Shown here piece by piece: positions 51,601 to 59,837 of a DNA stretch of 64,000 bases. The stretch is from Phoronis australis (lineage: Eukaryota; Animalia; Phoronida), in assembly GCA_002633005.1 (NCBI GenBank), contig NMRA01000163.1:432203-496202 (forward strand). Reading direction: 5' to 3'. Numbering within the stretch: position 1 is the stretch's first letter; each line of letters begins with the position of its first letter. A model generated the notes under the pieces. The model ran no database searches. It was not told the DNA's origin and saw only the letters and a program-made list of their open reading frames with translations. A program made the translations under genes and the position numbers.

Positions 51601-53133
51601 ACATACTTGTTTCATTCTCAAGTGAAGATAAAATGCCACCACAGAGTATAAGCTGACGACACACACAGTGAGACACGGCGGGTGTGAAATACTGCAATGA
51701 ATGACTAATGAAGGGGGGTAACAGGAAAGTCACGCAAACAAGTGTAGCGTGCGGCGCGACCCTGTTTGATGCTCATTCAAAACAGGCTTTTCAAAAGCAA
51801 TTAAAAGGGACTCTAATACTTTCAAACGCAGCACATCTTGCTCCACGTAGCGAATTGACGTGTTTTCCACAATTTCTTGACGGGAAATCACCCGAATAAA
51901 AACTGTGAGCAATGAAAAGTGTCGTGCATTTAACAAATTCTGTATAAACATTATAGAAAAGAAAAAAACGACGACCAAAGCAGCTGCTGCGAGTATGGGT
52001 TCTGGGCAAGAGCGTCCATATTTAAAGATTATTTACACATGGGCGACTGACTTTCCCACACAACAGAATCCGGTTCTTGTAACTGGTGAAATTAAGGAAT
52101 GAAACGGTGTATGGTTTTTATGCTGACGAATTCTGTTATTGGCAGAAACTGTATCCTCAAATTTGTGAATTCCGCTTGTCCCAGCGCCAACGGTTACTCA
52201 GTTCAAAAAGCAAACTTTCGTTCATTTTTTAATAGTTTCCCTTGTTTTTGTGCTCACGAAGACCTGCTTTCTTAGGATGTTACTGCCTTGCATGTTATAT
52301 TCGCGGTTGTTTAAGTCTCGATAGATTTTATTTACTAAAATGAAGTCAAACTCAAGCGAAATTTACTCTAAAATAAAGAGCCGTAGACTTTTCTGGAATA
52401 GTCAAATATTGTTGAGTTCCTGTTTCTCTGGTATGAATTTCAGTACCATTCTGAAGACACCCATGTGATATGTTGTATTGACCGACACTTACTATTCGTC
52501 TGATCATTGTAGCTTATTTCTTAATAAAATACCTTTTTGGGCATATTTGTATAGCATGTGATAATTCTTGGTCTTTATCAAGAAGACTCTGCATCAGTAC
52601 TATACATGTCCGTTTAGGCCATTTTAAAATTAATAGCCATCATAAATAATGGAAAGTCATGAACTGTCCCTGTCATTGAAATTCATGTTGCATTTGTATA
52701 TGAATGTTTAAATGTATAAATGTGTAGAGTACATTCACCTGAATGTTCTATGTTATATTTTGACAACCGAATATACAATGTAGTGCTTTATAACCATGAG
52801 CGTGTTGTTTTAGTGAACCCCAAAGCGCTTCAATCAGTTAAAACGTTAAATGTTGTCTCCTAAACAGCGACAAAATACTGCTAGTGTATTTATGTCTTCT
52901 AAACTTCCCGTTGCAGCTGATGCATTTTTAAACGACGGCGATCAATAATTTTAGCTCGGTTCATTCTACGTCAAAATGTGAAACTTACCTGCGGCGCCCG
53001 ACATTTCAGTGCCGAAGGCGAATTTCCATGTTGGACTATCGGTACTGGGAAGCAGCAATAACAAGTTAAAGTTTTCGCCTGTAGTGTTGCGCAAGCACAG
53101 AACAAAACACAGAAAAAGCACACTCCGATCCAT
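660..53133 (-). CDS. Receptor (membrane) guanylyl cyclase, natriuretic peptide receptor-like; 17 exons in window, 3' part (cyclase domain) off the left edge
   Basis: Exons joined by hand, all GT-AG and phase-compatible: 52989-53133, 32721-32822, 29682-29845, 28096-28360, 27646-27791, 26853-27008, 25351-25575, 23884-24019, 20698-20800, 20041-20140, 19366-19518, 15808-15912, 7534-7605, 6209-6356, 5800-5952, 993-1170, 660-800 (2492 nt, no internal stop). Family motifs: [36 protein letters not shown] helix, [50 protein letters not shown]...LLYRLLP. Confidence 0.95.
993..1170 (-). CDS. rGC exon 16
   Basis: [18 protein letters not shown]...[27 protein letters not shown]; tgtag acceptor, gtatga donor. 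Confidence 0.94.
2860..3700 (-). mobile_element. Degenerate non-LTR retrotransposon (LINE) reverse transcriptase fragment
   Basis: Broken frames give [47 protein letters not shown]; stops and frameshifts; ends approximate. Confidence 0.85.
4157..4288. mobile_element. Small MITE (Harbinger-like termini)
   Basis: Imperfect terminal inverted repeats gggccgagttgcataaa / tttatgcaactgggccc. Confidence 0.6.
5800..5952 (-). CDS. rGC exon 15
   Basis: [12 protein letters not shown]...[19 protein letters not shown]; ttaag acceptor, gtaagc donor. Confidence 0.93.
6209..6356 (-). CDS. rGC exon 14
   Basis: [49 protein letters not shown]; ttcag acceptor, gtaggt donor. Confidence 0.95.
7534..7605 (-). CDS. 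rGC exon 13
   Basis: [24 protein letters not shown]; ttcag acceptor, gtaagt donor. Confidence 0.94.
7749..7981 (-). mobile_element. tRNA-derived SINE, copy 1
   Basis: Same ~230-bp family as 10373-10622 and 57332-57550; B box ggttcgagtc on the minus strand. Confidence 0.88.
8964..9100. mobile_element. Small MITE
   Basis: Inverted ends gggtagagttca..gcgctaggacct / aggtcctagcgtt..tgaactcta(tcta)ccc. Confidence 0.55.
9614..9852. mobile_element. MITE with CAG..CTG TIRs
   Basis: cagagacggatctacg / cgtagatctgccgctg, flanked by gtaaaa / gtaaag; termini resemble those of 39834-39974. Confidence 0.65.
10373..10622 (+). mobile_element. tRNA-derived SINE, copy 2
   Basis: A-box-like tggcctggttg, B box ggttcgagtc, A-rich tail, flanking repeat aaaacacg(c/t)ctt as probable TSD. 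Confidence 0.9.
11127..12847. repeat. 860-bp direct duplication joined by a single N (probably uncollapsed haplotypes)
   Basis: 11127-11986 and 11988-12847 are near-identical with scattered SNPs; the junction is exactly the N at 11987. Confidence 0.85.
12670..13590 (+). mobile_element. 5'-truncated Penelope-like element (GIY-YIG remnant, inverted pLTR ends)
   Basis: [49 protein letters not shown] matches a PLE GIY-YIG endonuclease; 12670-12785 is an inverted copy of 13475-13590. Confidence 0.88.
13432..13469 (+). ncRNA. Minimal hammerhead-like ribozyme motif in Penelope pLTR
   Basis: cac-ttgagaat-[gaaaca agta tgtttc]-gaaa-tatc-gtg: short stem I, variant core, 6-bp stem II, GAAA; identical in the second PLE copy. 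Confidence 0.6.
13668..13732. repeat. (AAC)n microsatellite
   Basis: Seen directly. Confidence 0.95.
13835..15257 (-). mobile_element. Kolobok-like internally deleted DNA transposon with THAP remnant
   Basis: TTAA on both sides (13831-13834, 15258-15261); imperfect 15-bp TIRs; minus strand ~14810-15040 gives, with frameshifts, [34 protein letters not shown] (THAP); convergent acidic ORF start at 14006 on +. Confidence 0.72.
15808..15912 (-). CDS. rGC exon 12
   Basis: [35 protein letters not shown]; tgcag acceptor, gtacga donor. Confidence 0.94.
16655..17863. mobile_element. Non-autonomous TIR element hosting a nested MITE
   Basis: Ends tatgaagcgtcataggattcttaaacgagtacctt / aaggaacccgtttaaaaaccctttggcctttcata; subterminal tcaacgcg repeats in opposite orientation at each end. 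Confidence 0.65.
16964..17597. mobile_element. PIF/Harbinger-like MITE, copy 1 (nested)
   Basis: TIRs ggtggcaccgaacagtt / aattgttctatgccacc; homologous over most of its length to 44220-44872. Confidence 0.8.
19366..19518 (-). CDS. rGC exon 11 (start of kinase-homology domain)
   Basis: [10 protein letters not shown]...[13 protein letters not shown]...LQHLKQ; tttag acceptor, gttagc donor. Confidence 0.92.
19805..19940. repeat. GA-rich simple repeat
   Basis: (GA)n and (GAGAGG)n tract. Confidence 0.9.
20041..20140 (-). CDS. rGC exon 10
   Basis: [33 protein letters not shown] (family WxIxWxxI motif); cgcag acceptor, gtaagt donor. Confidence 0.92.
20698..20800 (-). CDS. rGC exon 9 (transmembrane helix)
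   Basis: [34 protein letters not shown]; tgtag acceptor, gtaagt donor. Confidence 0.93.
22380..22885 (-). mobile_element. Degenerate CR1-like LINE RT C-terminal fragment
   Basis: [58 protein letters not shown] with stops. Confidence 0.8.
23884..24019 (-). CDS. rGC exon 8 (juxtamembrane Cys region)
   Basis: EVGFYF...[26 protein letters not shown]; tacag acceptor, gtaata donor. Confidence 0.93.
24238..24757. mobile_element. Probable MITE (TAGCC-like termini)
   Basis: 19-bp perfect inverted repeat gccagcacgcaggtatcac / gtgatacctgcgtgctggc about 490 bp apart. Confidence 0.5.
25351..25575 (-). CDS. rGC exon 7
   Basis: [27 protein letters not shown]...[19 protein letters not shown]; tttag acceptor, gtacgc donor. 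Confidence 0.94.
26160..26700. repeat. (GAT)n microsatellite spanning an assembly gap
   Basis: Seen directly; N run inside the tract. Confidence 0.95.
26853..27008 (-). CDS. rGC exon 6
   Basis: [52 protein letters not shown]; atcag acceptor, gtataa donor. Confidence 0.9.
27646..27791 (-). CDS. rGC exon 5
   Basis: [49 protein letters not shown]; gctag acceptor, gtagtt donor. Confidence 0.93.
28096..28360 (-). CDS. rGC exon 4
   Basis: [31 protein letters not shown]...KKVSR; ttcag acceptor, gtaagt donor. Confidence 0.93.
29682..29845 (-). CDS. rGC exon 3
   Basis: [54 protein letters not shown]; gacag acceptor, gtaaaa donor; frame not shown in the ORF track. Confidence 0.93.
32399..32499 (-). 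pseudogene. Duplicate of rGC exon 2 (copy A), frameshifted pseudo-exon
   Basis: Splice sites retained but 101 nt; reads CC TTG ATT GCC ATG TCG AAG TAA (stop). Confidence 0.8.
32558..32662 (-). other. Duplicate of rGC exon 2 (copy B), in frame, possible alternative exon
   Basis: tttag|...G|gtaaga retained; 105 nt; (A)[34 protein letters not shown](G); usage unknown. Confidence 0.6.
32721..32822 (-). CDS. rGC exon 2 (intact copy C of the triplicated exon)
   Basis: tttcag|CC TTG ATT...TTA G|gtaaga; (A)[33 protein letters not shown](G); 102 nt, phase 1-1, carries the first conserved ectodomain Cys. Confidence 0.9.
33050..33134. repeat. (CT)n/(CTCTCC)n simple repeat next to an assembly gap
   Basis: Seen directly. 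Confidence 0.9.
35796..36702. mobile_element. Solo LTR
   Basis: TGTCAGA...TCTGACA inverted termini, flanks CGCTT / CGCTC (5-bp TSD with one mismatch), internal AATAAA, no long ORF. Confidence 0.7.
39834..39974. mobile_element. MITE with caggggcggatcc TIRs
   Basis: caggggcggatccag / ctaaatccgccactg; GGTTT repeated on both flanks. Confidence 0.75.
40300..40922 (-). mobile_element. Second Kolobok-like fragment with THAP remnant
   Basis: From ATG 40752: [32 protein letters not shown], frameshift, [13 protein letters not shown]; terminus TTAA|AGGAGAATGCCACCC at 40922; left end not found. Confidence 0.65.
44220..44872. mobile_element. PIF/Harbinger-like MITE, copy 2
   Basis: TAA|ggtggcactgaaca ... 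tgttcagtgcctcc|TAA; 3-bp TAA TSD is typical of PIF/Harbinger. Confidence 0.85.
45802..48668 (+). mobile_element. EnSpm/CACTA-like (CMC) non-autonomous element
   Basis: cactctaaa / tttagagtg termini; subterminal agaacac/gtgttct repeats; degenerate coding piece ~47750-48000 ([18 protein letters not shown]) resembling accessory proteins of such elements; TSD not clear. Confidence 0.55.
51450..51943 (-). mobile_element. Second truncated Penelope-like element with inverted ends
   Basis: [31 protein letters not shown]; same hammerhead-like motif at 51587-51624; ~45-bp inverted termini; direct repeat ataaacattatagaa at 51439 and 51944. Confidence 0.88.
52989..53133 (-). CDS. rGC exon 1 (signal peptide and first strand of ectodomain)
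   Basis: [48 protein letters not shown]; hydrophobic leader; donor G|gtaagt (phase 1) fits exon 2. Confidence 0.85.
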
Positions 53134-53569
53134 CTGGGTATTCACCGCTATCACTACGCAACACCTCCCGGAAAGCTGTCGCTAGAACATTCCTCGCTAA
53201 CCAATGAACGTCGAACATACGGAGACGTGGTTTTAATCCCAGAACGTCTGTCACGTGGTATCTTTGTAATTACGGCTATATTGACGCTTCCCTAACCCAG
53301 TGCCCTGTCGTCTATCATCGAAAGTGACGTGCTTGCCGCGATTTAATAGGCCAAAGTTTTTTTCACTTCGGATAATTAACGTAACCAATATTGATAATGC
53401 TCCAACAAAGATTTATGCGCTAGAGTTATTTCAAGGGTGATTTGAGAAAAATATATGGACATATTCGGATTTACTCCTCCTCCCCCCATGATGCGACCAA
53501 AATAAAAACACACCAGCACGTTGTTTTAGGGGTTACGAAAACATTTCCTTCGAAACTTCGATCCGCCTA

Positions 53570-55085
53570 AGTAGTATAGTAAGAGGTTTAGGACGCCCGT
53601 TTTTGCAGCTCCTCGGTCAAAGGTCTTATATCCGAGAGGAAAGGTCAAAGGTCACATAGGATGGGACATCATCCGCCTGTTTGACGTCACACCTCATGAT
53701 GTAATTGGTTTAATTAGACCCGTTAGAGAGGCACCTCGATACTTTCGTGGCACGATTTGCGGCTCCTCGCAACGGATTGAAAGCCGAATCAAAAGAGGGA
53801 TTACGCTGCTGAATAAGAACAAAAGGTACCTTATTTCGCGCGCCAAGTGTCGTCGTTGTATATTGTTCTCATTTATCAAAAACAAATGTCGCGTATATTC
53901 CGCTACAAATGATAAGGGGATAACCACCCAACTCAACAACAGATGTCGCGTAAATTCTAACCCATGTATCGACGGTACTAAACTAATAATATCAATAATA
54001 AGATGTGGCCACCTAAAATAGAACATAAAAACTGATAGTGTTTAAACGTGTATTAATGACAAAGTAAATTCGAATACTCTACAAAAATCATCAACGTTTC
54101 TGTGGTCACAAATTCAACTTTGAACCTGAGTTTAGGTTATAAACTGCGCAGAGACAGTTACTTAAAGAACGGTTAACGTTTCTTCACCCTTCACAAATTT
54201 GAGCAAGCTCTGTTGATCGATTGATCTGAGATTGATGTTGTTTTCATATAGTTACAGACCAACCTGCTTTCTAGTAAGCTCTACTGGAATTTGAACGTGT
54301 CTGCGACAATAACTTTCATAGAAGCGAGTGCAAAATTAAAAGCATGCACGTCCCAGGGGCGTGCAAATTGGAAGAAGCTCCAATGACCACCTATTGATTA
54401 GATAAAAACCCTGCAACAGCATTTGAATAGATGAAATATGCTTCTGCTACTCACATTCATGCATTTCTTCGCTTTTTATTGAAGCTGGTCCACAGGTTGT
54501 ACTTGAAACTCGCACTTTTTTCCAGACCCGAAGAAATATTGGTGGCGTAAACGTTGATGATTTTTGTCATTAATACACGTTAAAAATAACAATTTTATGT
54601 TCTATTTTAGGTGATCACATCTTATTATTAATATTATTTGTTTAGTACCGTCGGTACCTGGCTTAGACTCTACGCGACATCGGTTGTTGAGGTGCGTGGG
54701 GTTATCCCCTTATCATTTGTAGCGGAATATACACGACATTTGTTTTTGATAAATGAGAACAATATACAACGACGACACTTGGCGCATGCGAAATAAGGTA
54801 CCTTTGTTCTTATTCAGCAGCGTAATCCCTCTTTTGTTTCAGCTCTAAATCCGTTGCGAGGAGCCGCAAAAACGTGCCACGAAAGCATCGAGGTGCCTCT
54901 CTAACGGGTCTAATTATTCCTATTACGTCATGATGTGTGACGTCATTGACACATCAGTCCGGTAGGCGGATGATGTCCCTTCCGATTGCATCCATCTATG
55001 TGACCTTTGATCTTTCCTCTCGGATTTATGACCTTTGACCGAGGAGCCGCAAAACCGGGTGTCCTAAACCACTTACTATACTACT
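53570..55085. mobile_element. Non-autonomous Polinton/Maverick-like element
   Basis: CGCCTA|AGTAGTATAG ... CTATACTACT|CGCCTA; TIRs ~53570-54099 and ~54549-55085; ~450-bp non-coding core. Confidence 0.82.
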
Positions 55086-56412
55086 CGCCTACTTGTTGGT
55101 TCAAACAAAAAAGCCTAAAAGCGAAACAGTCTTTATTTTGAATATTACTTAAACGTTGTACATTCGTGCCTACAGGTGTTATAATTAAATTTAAACACCG
55201 TCTGCAGGCGCTAACGAACGATAAAAATCGATTAAAATCAGGATTAATGAAAGTTAATGGCATTAAAACATCACCGTGATTCTAATGAAAACATGCAGTT
55301 ATAGATAATAGCAATTTTTCAGCGGTTGCTTCGTTCACACTGGATATACCGTTTATATACGCACAAATAGGCCCATGTGTTTGAAGAAGAACATACCACT
55401 ATGTAAAACAACGGAGAAAGCGCAAGGAACAATACTAGTTGCATTAAGGTTGTGTAGAACCTTTCCGACTTGTCGGTGTACTTTGCTAACTGTCTACAGA
55501 ATATACTAATTAACTCAATAATAGCATACATTTTCTGAATGTAGAAAACCTGTAGAATTCGGGTTTGGACTGGTATTGATTGGATCATGTGATCATGTCT
55601 TTTTTATTAGTAAAATTTAGCAAAAAAGAGAGGCACATCCATAGCAAAATAATGATATCAACGGCATGACCAAAATTTGTTAGATTGATATAGGTACAAG
55701 ATGAAATCTCAAAAACGCTGTTACGTTTTAGTTTTCTGCTATTTTTTTCTTAAAAATCCTACTTTTGATAGCTCCTCATACTAATATGAAAGATTTTAGG
55801 AACAACTCCTGAGCGTTTTGATGAACAGTGCATAAAATGTGAAAGTTTTTTTGACTCCGATCAGCGATTTCTGAGATTTGATGTTCTAACGTTTGCCAAA
55901 GTTGTCCATTTTTCAAGGATCCCACATAACGTTAATGCAGAATTCATTCGCTGGCGAACAGAAGGCAGTGAGACCGGACGTCTGATTCTCCGTCTAATTT
56001 TGCCCTATGTAAACGCTCGTAAGGGAGGTCTGATCCGCTTTGTTGCTTCACCTGCAAACTAGAAGCCAGTGTCTTCTTATTATGTACGCACCCAGCTGAG
56101 TGCAAGTTGGAACACACCCTCATAGGTTAACATTTTTGAGAGAGCGTCAGCATTAAGATTTTGGTGAAACGGCAAAGGACGGCAAACGCTTAACAGTCCA
56201 AGGGCGAGATTGTACAACACTTACATGTAGTTAGCATTCCCTCTCGGTTTTTATGGGTCTCGTTTTTCGCGAGATCGTGAGTGGAAACTTGCAACCAGAG
56301 CCCGATTGAGGCTTGGACCGCGCCAAGTAGTCTCAGCTGCCCCCAAGGCGTTACAATCAAGACTGTCGCCACGAAGCTCGGTGTCTATCACGTCGATGAA
56401 TACATTAAAGGG

Positions 56413-57150
56413 ATTATTTATTTATTTATTATAGTAACATAAAGGTGCCAGTAAAGACAACCTCAAAGACAGAATATTCACCACCCCCCAGACTCAGTCA
56501 CCTAATAATAATTATACCATTACATAACATATTGCACAAGCTCAAATATGATCACTTCAGACTAGTTTATAAACAAATACTTACTTCTAAGCTGCAAAGC
56601 GTCTTGAATGAATTTCGCTAGACCTTTCAAGTTATTTTGGTATATTTGAGGTAGGGCAGAATTCCGTATCAAAATGGTCGAATGTGAGTATATTTTTCAC
56701 AGTCAAAAATGAAATAAACTTCATCTTCAACTCTGTTTTTACAAACACGACAAATCCGTTCATTCACAGGAATTCCGAAGTACCACCCCACCTCAACCTC
56801 TAATGGTAGAATACCTGCTCTCAATCTACATGTAGCTATGACCGACCTCTGAGACACCGGCAGAGGCAAATACTCTTCTATACAATAGTCATTCTTAACA
56901 GACCTATATAAGCACAGTTTTGGTTTCTCAGTGATTATTTTTAACCAGTTTAACTCTTATAACTGGAACCTGAATGTTTTGAAGTTTTCGAGAGACACAA
57001 TTTGCTTGTTCCTAACATTTTCTAAAAAATCGCATTTCTCCATAACTTTAAATATTGAACTTGACCAATTGCAGGGTTTTCGATGTTTAAGGTCCCATAA
57101 AAAGACTTTTTTGCAATAATATTCTGCTTTCATCCATTAGAACTAAACGA
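56413..57150 (-). mobile_element. LINE 3' end (ORF2 C-terminal Cys-rich zinc-knuckle region plus (TAAA)n tail)
   Basis: RLRAGILPLEVEVGWYFGIPVNERICRVCKNRVEDEVYFIFDCEKYTHIR; tail attatttatttatttatt near 56413. Confidence 0.85.
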
Positions 57151-57331
57151 TTCCAGAACCTTAGCAAGGGATAGTTACCGCCAAACAGTTGTATTCCAAT
57201 CTATTCTCGAGTGGCGTGATGACCACAACGAACCCCTTTGGTGAGCGGTTCTCAGGTGTCACAGTACATCCTTCGTCATTTGACATACATATAGCTAAGG
57301 AGGTTGCACAATGTGTAAGGGTAAGAAATAA

Positions 57332-57550
57332 CTGCAGGTGGTCTGATGCACGTTGTACCAGCCGCGCATGTGGGCCCATTGCACTGATAACCTGGAACCA
57401 TTTTTATGCTGTATTAATACATAGTTAAAACCGAGCTGAGGAGCTAGAAACCTAAGTCAAGGGTTTAGCAGTGTGACGCAGTGGGACTCGCACCCACGGC
57501 CTCGAGTGAAGAAAGCGGAACCATATCACACTAGGCCTCACTGCCTCCTC
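57332..57550 (-). mobile_element. tRNA-derived SINE, copy 3
   Basis: Same family; near-perfect 13-bp TSD gtgtaagggtaag (57313) / gtgtaatggtaag (57551). Confidence 0.9.
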
Positions 57551-58099
57551 GTGTAATGGTAAGGTAAATAGTTTATTCTAAGTAATTGCCCAAATGTTTT
57601 GGCGGCAATGACTGCTTCTTGATCGAACACTGCAAATTCCCCGGCATATACGAAAAAATGGCAGCCAGGAGAATGGTAATAATCAAGAAATTAGGCAACT
57701 CTTCGAGCGACTTGACGCGTTTACTCCGGAGTTCAAGGAGTTCCCTTCTCGGACTGTTGCTTTTGTGGGCTTGTGAAGCTGTGTTACCGCGATACGCAAG
57801 TGTGTCTTTTGAAGCCGTGAACTTATTGACGGAATCCAAAATTAGACACCTTGCATCGGAGTCTTCGACCTTTCGGATACTAAATTTTAGAGAAAGTGCC
57901 TATTCAGGAACTCGTTACATACATGTATCATAGCGTAGTATTAATTGCCAGCAGACATGTGGCTCCAGAACACGACAGAAATGACCACGATGGGTAAAAT
58001 GGGTGCATGCATGGTTCTTTTCTGCAGGGTAGGTGGTACAGGTACATAAGGTCTGCCCGCTGTAATTAGCCGACATGCTCCGTCTTCGTGGCAGCACAT

Positions 58100-58410
58100 A
58101 TGGTTTTATTTCGGAGTGCCCTTCTCCTAGACTGGTTGCCTTCTATGGCTGATGAGCCCAGTCTGCCCAGGTTTTGATGTAAGAGTTATTCTTCTCGTAA
58201 GTAACATGAGCAATGTTTAACAGGGTAAGGAAGTTGGCCTTACACCCAACCCTAGTGTGACCCTAGGGAGTGTTTGGGGGTGAATTTAGTCTGATTTCTA
58301 CCTATCGCCCTGCATGAGAAACCCTGCCAGGAGTTTAAACTCCCGCCGGTAAAGCTCTAGAGGTCACGGAGATACGCAAGCTGTTCCGCCACGACAAGGC
58401 ATACACCCCA
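58100..58410 (-). mobile_element. RTE-clade retrotransposon 5'-UTR-like fragment
   Basis: Minus strand gccttgtcgtggcg..cttgcgt..gagct.., gggttgggtgtaaggccaacttccttaccctgttaaa and ggcaaccagtctaggagaagg resemble RTE/BovB-type leaders (recognised from memory). Confidence 0.55.
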
Positions 58411-59408
58411 GGAACAGACGACAGAGATGAAAGGAAAAGAATTCTCATAGTAAAGTAATCTAAAGCAAAATATAACAGTGCTTACAACAAATGCAAATTA
58501 ACACCTGGCACACATTGAACAGCACTGGCGTATTCCAACAATGGGCAAAGGGAAGAGGAGTAGAACTTCCCTTCATATTTCTTTTTGTCCCCCATGTTCA
58601 CTGTTAAATATCCCCTGGTTAACAACTCATATCAACACTCGCGGCCCCCTCAATTCAATACTTCTGGCTTCGTCTAAGTGTCGAAAAGTACACTTGGACA
58701 TGAAAGTTAACAAAAACTCCATATATAGTCCAATGCATTGTATGAAAACTGACAAGACAGAAACCGTGATTATTCATCGATTTCTGGAGTGCCAACGTTG
58801 GAGAAAAGTCCGCTTCAACAAAATTTAAGCTAGAATAGAATGCGTTTTAATTTGTCGTGTCGTAGGTTTGCTCTCCGTGCCCGATGTTTGTCTGTCATTC
58901 ATGGAGCAATGTTGGAACCTTCTGGAAAGTGCGAAACACTGTCCCAGTGCGATAAGATTCTTTATAAATCTTACGACTAGGAACACAACAGGAAACCACG
59001 ACGATTGTAACACAAAACGGTGTCAGTATTGAAGTTTTGATTCCAGAATAACGCCATTATTTTACCTCTTTTTAATTTAGGGCCGATTTGCCTGTTGAGA
59101 CATATGGCGGAGTCACTTACGAAAACTAGTTTAACGATCACAAATGCAAAGAGGCTGCGTCTTTAAAGTGGCAAACTCAATTAAGTTTGAAATGCACCTA
59201 AGCTGGTCAACAAAGCGAATCTGCTGGCTAATTTCGCCCTATTTAAAAAAATCATTCTTAGAAAGTTTTTTAACAAAAGAACAAAATATTGACCTAAAGT
59301 TTAGATTTTCATGAAACGTATAGCCAGTCAACGATTGAGATAAGCCGATAGTCTTACAAAAATTGCCTCTGCTCAGTGAATTAAAGTATGGCATTGTTCT
59401 TTAGTGGC

Positions 59409-59837
59409 CGGTTGCATGAAACAGTCCCAAATAGGGACTGTACTAAGGTTCCTAAGTCTTTTTACGTATTTGTGTCTTTATGTACTTACAGATGCAATAT
59501 TGGTCTGCCATTTCATCTTTGTTATGAGCTCCTCTTTGTTTAATGACATTTTCTAATAATATAAGCAATAACTGAGCCCAGAATTCATAGAAAATAAATA
59601 GGGACTTAGTCCTTAAATTGGGGGTGTTGCATGAAAACATCCCTAATTATTTTTTGATAATATTGACAATTTAACGTACAGTTTATTCTTGATTTGTATC
59701 ATGAAAGCCAAAAGTTGACTTGGTAATCAAACTAGAACAATACAAGAGAGGGCAATCGATGATTTCACAAGTCCAAAAATACGCAGTTGATTTAAGGAAC
59801 GTGGCAGAGTCCCTAATTGGGACTGTTTCATGCAACC
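59409..59837. mobile_element. MITE with ~30-bp TIRs
   Basis: ggttgcatgaaacagtcccaaatagggact / agtccctaattgggactgtttcatgcaacc. Confidence 0.8.
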
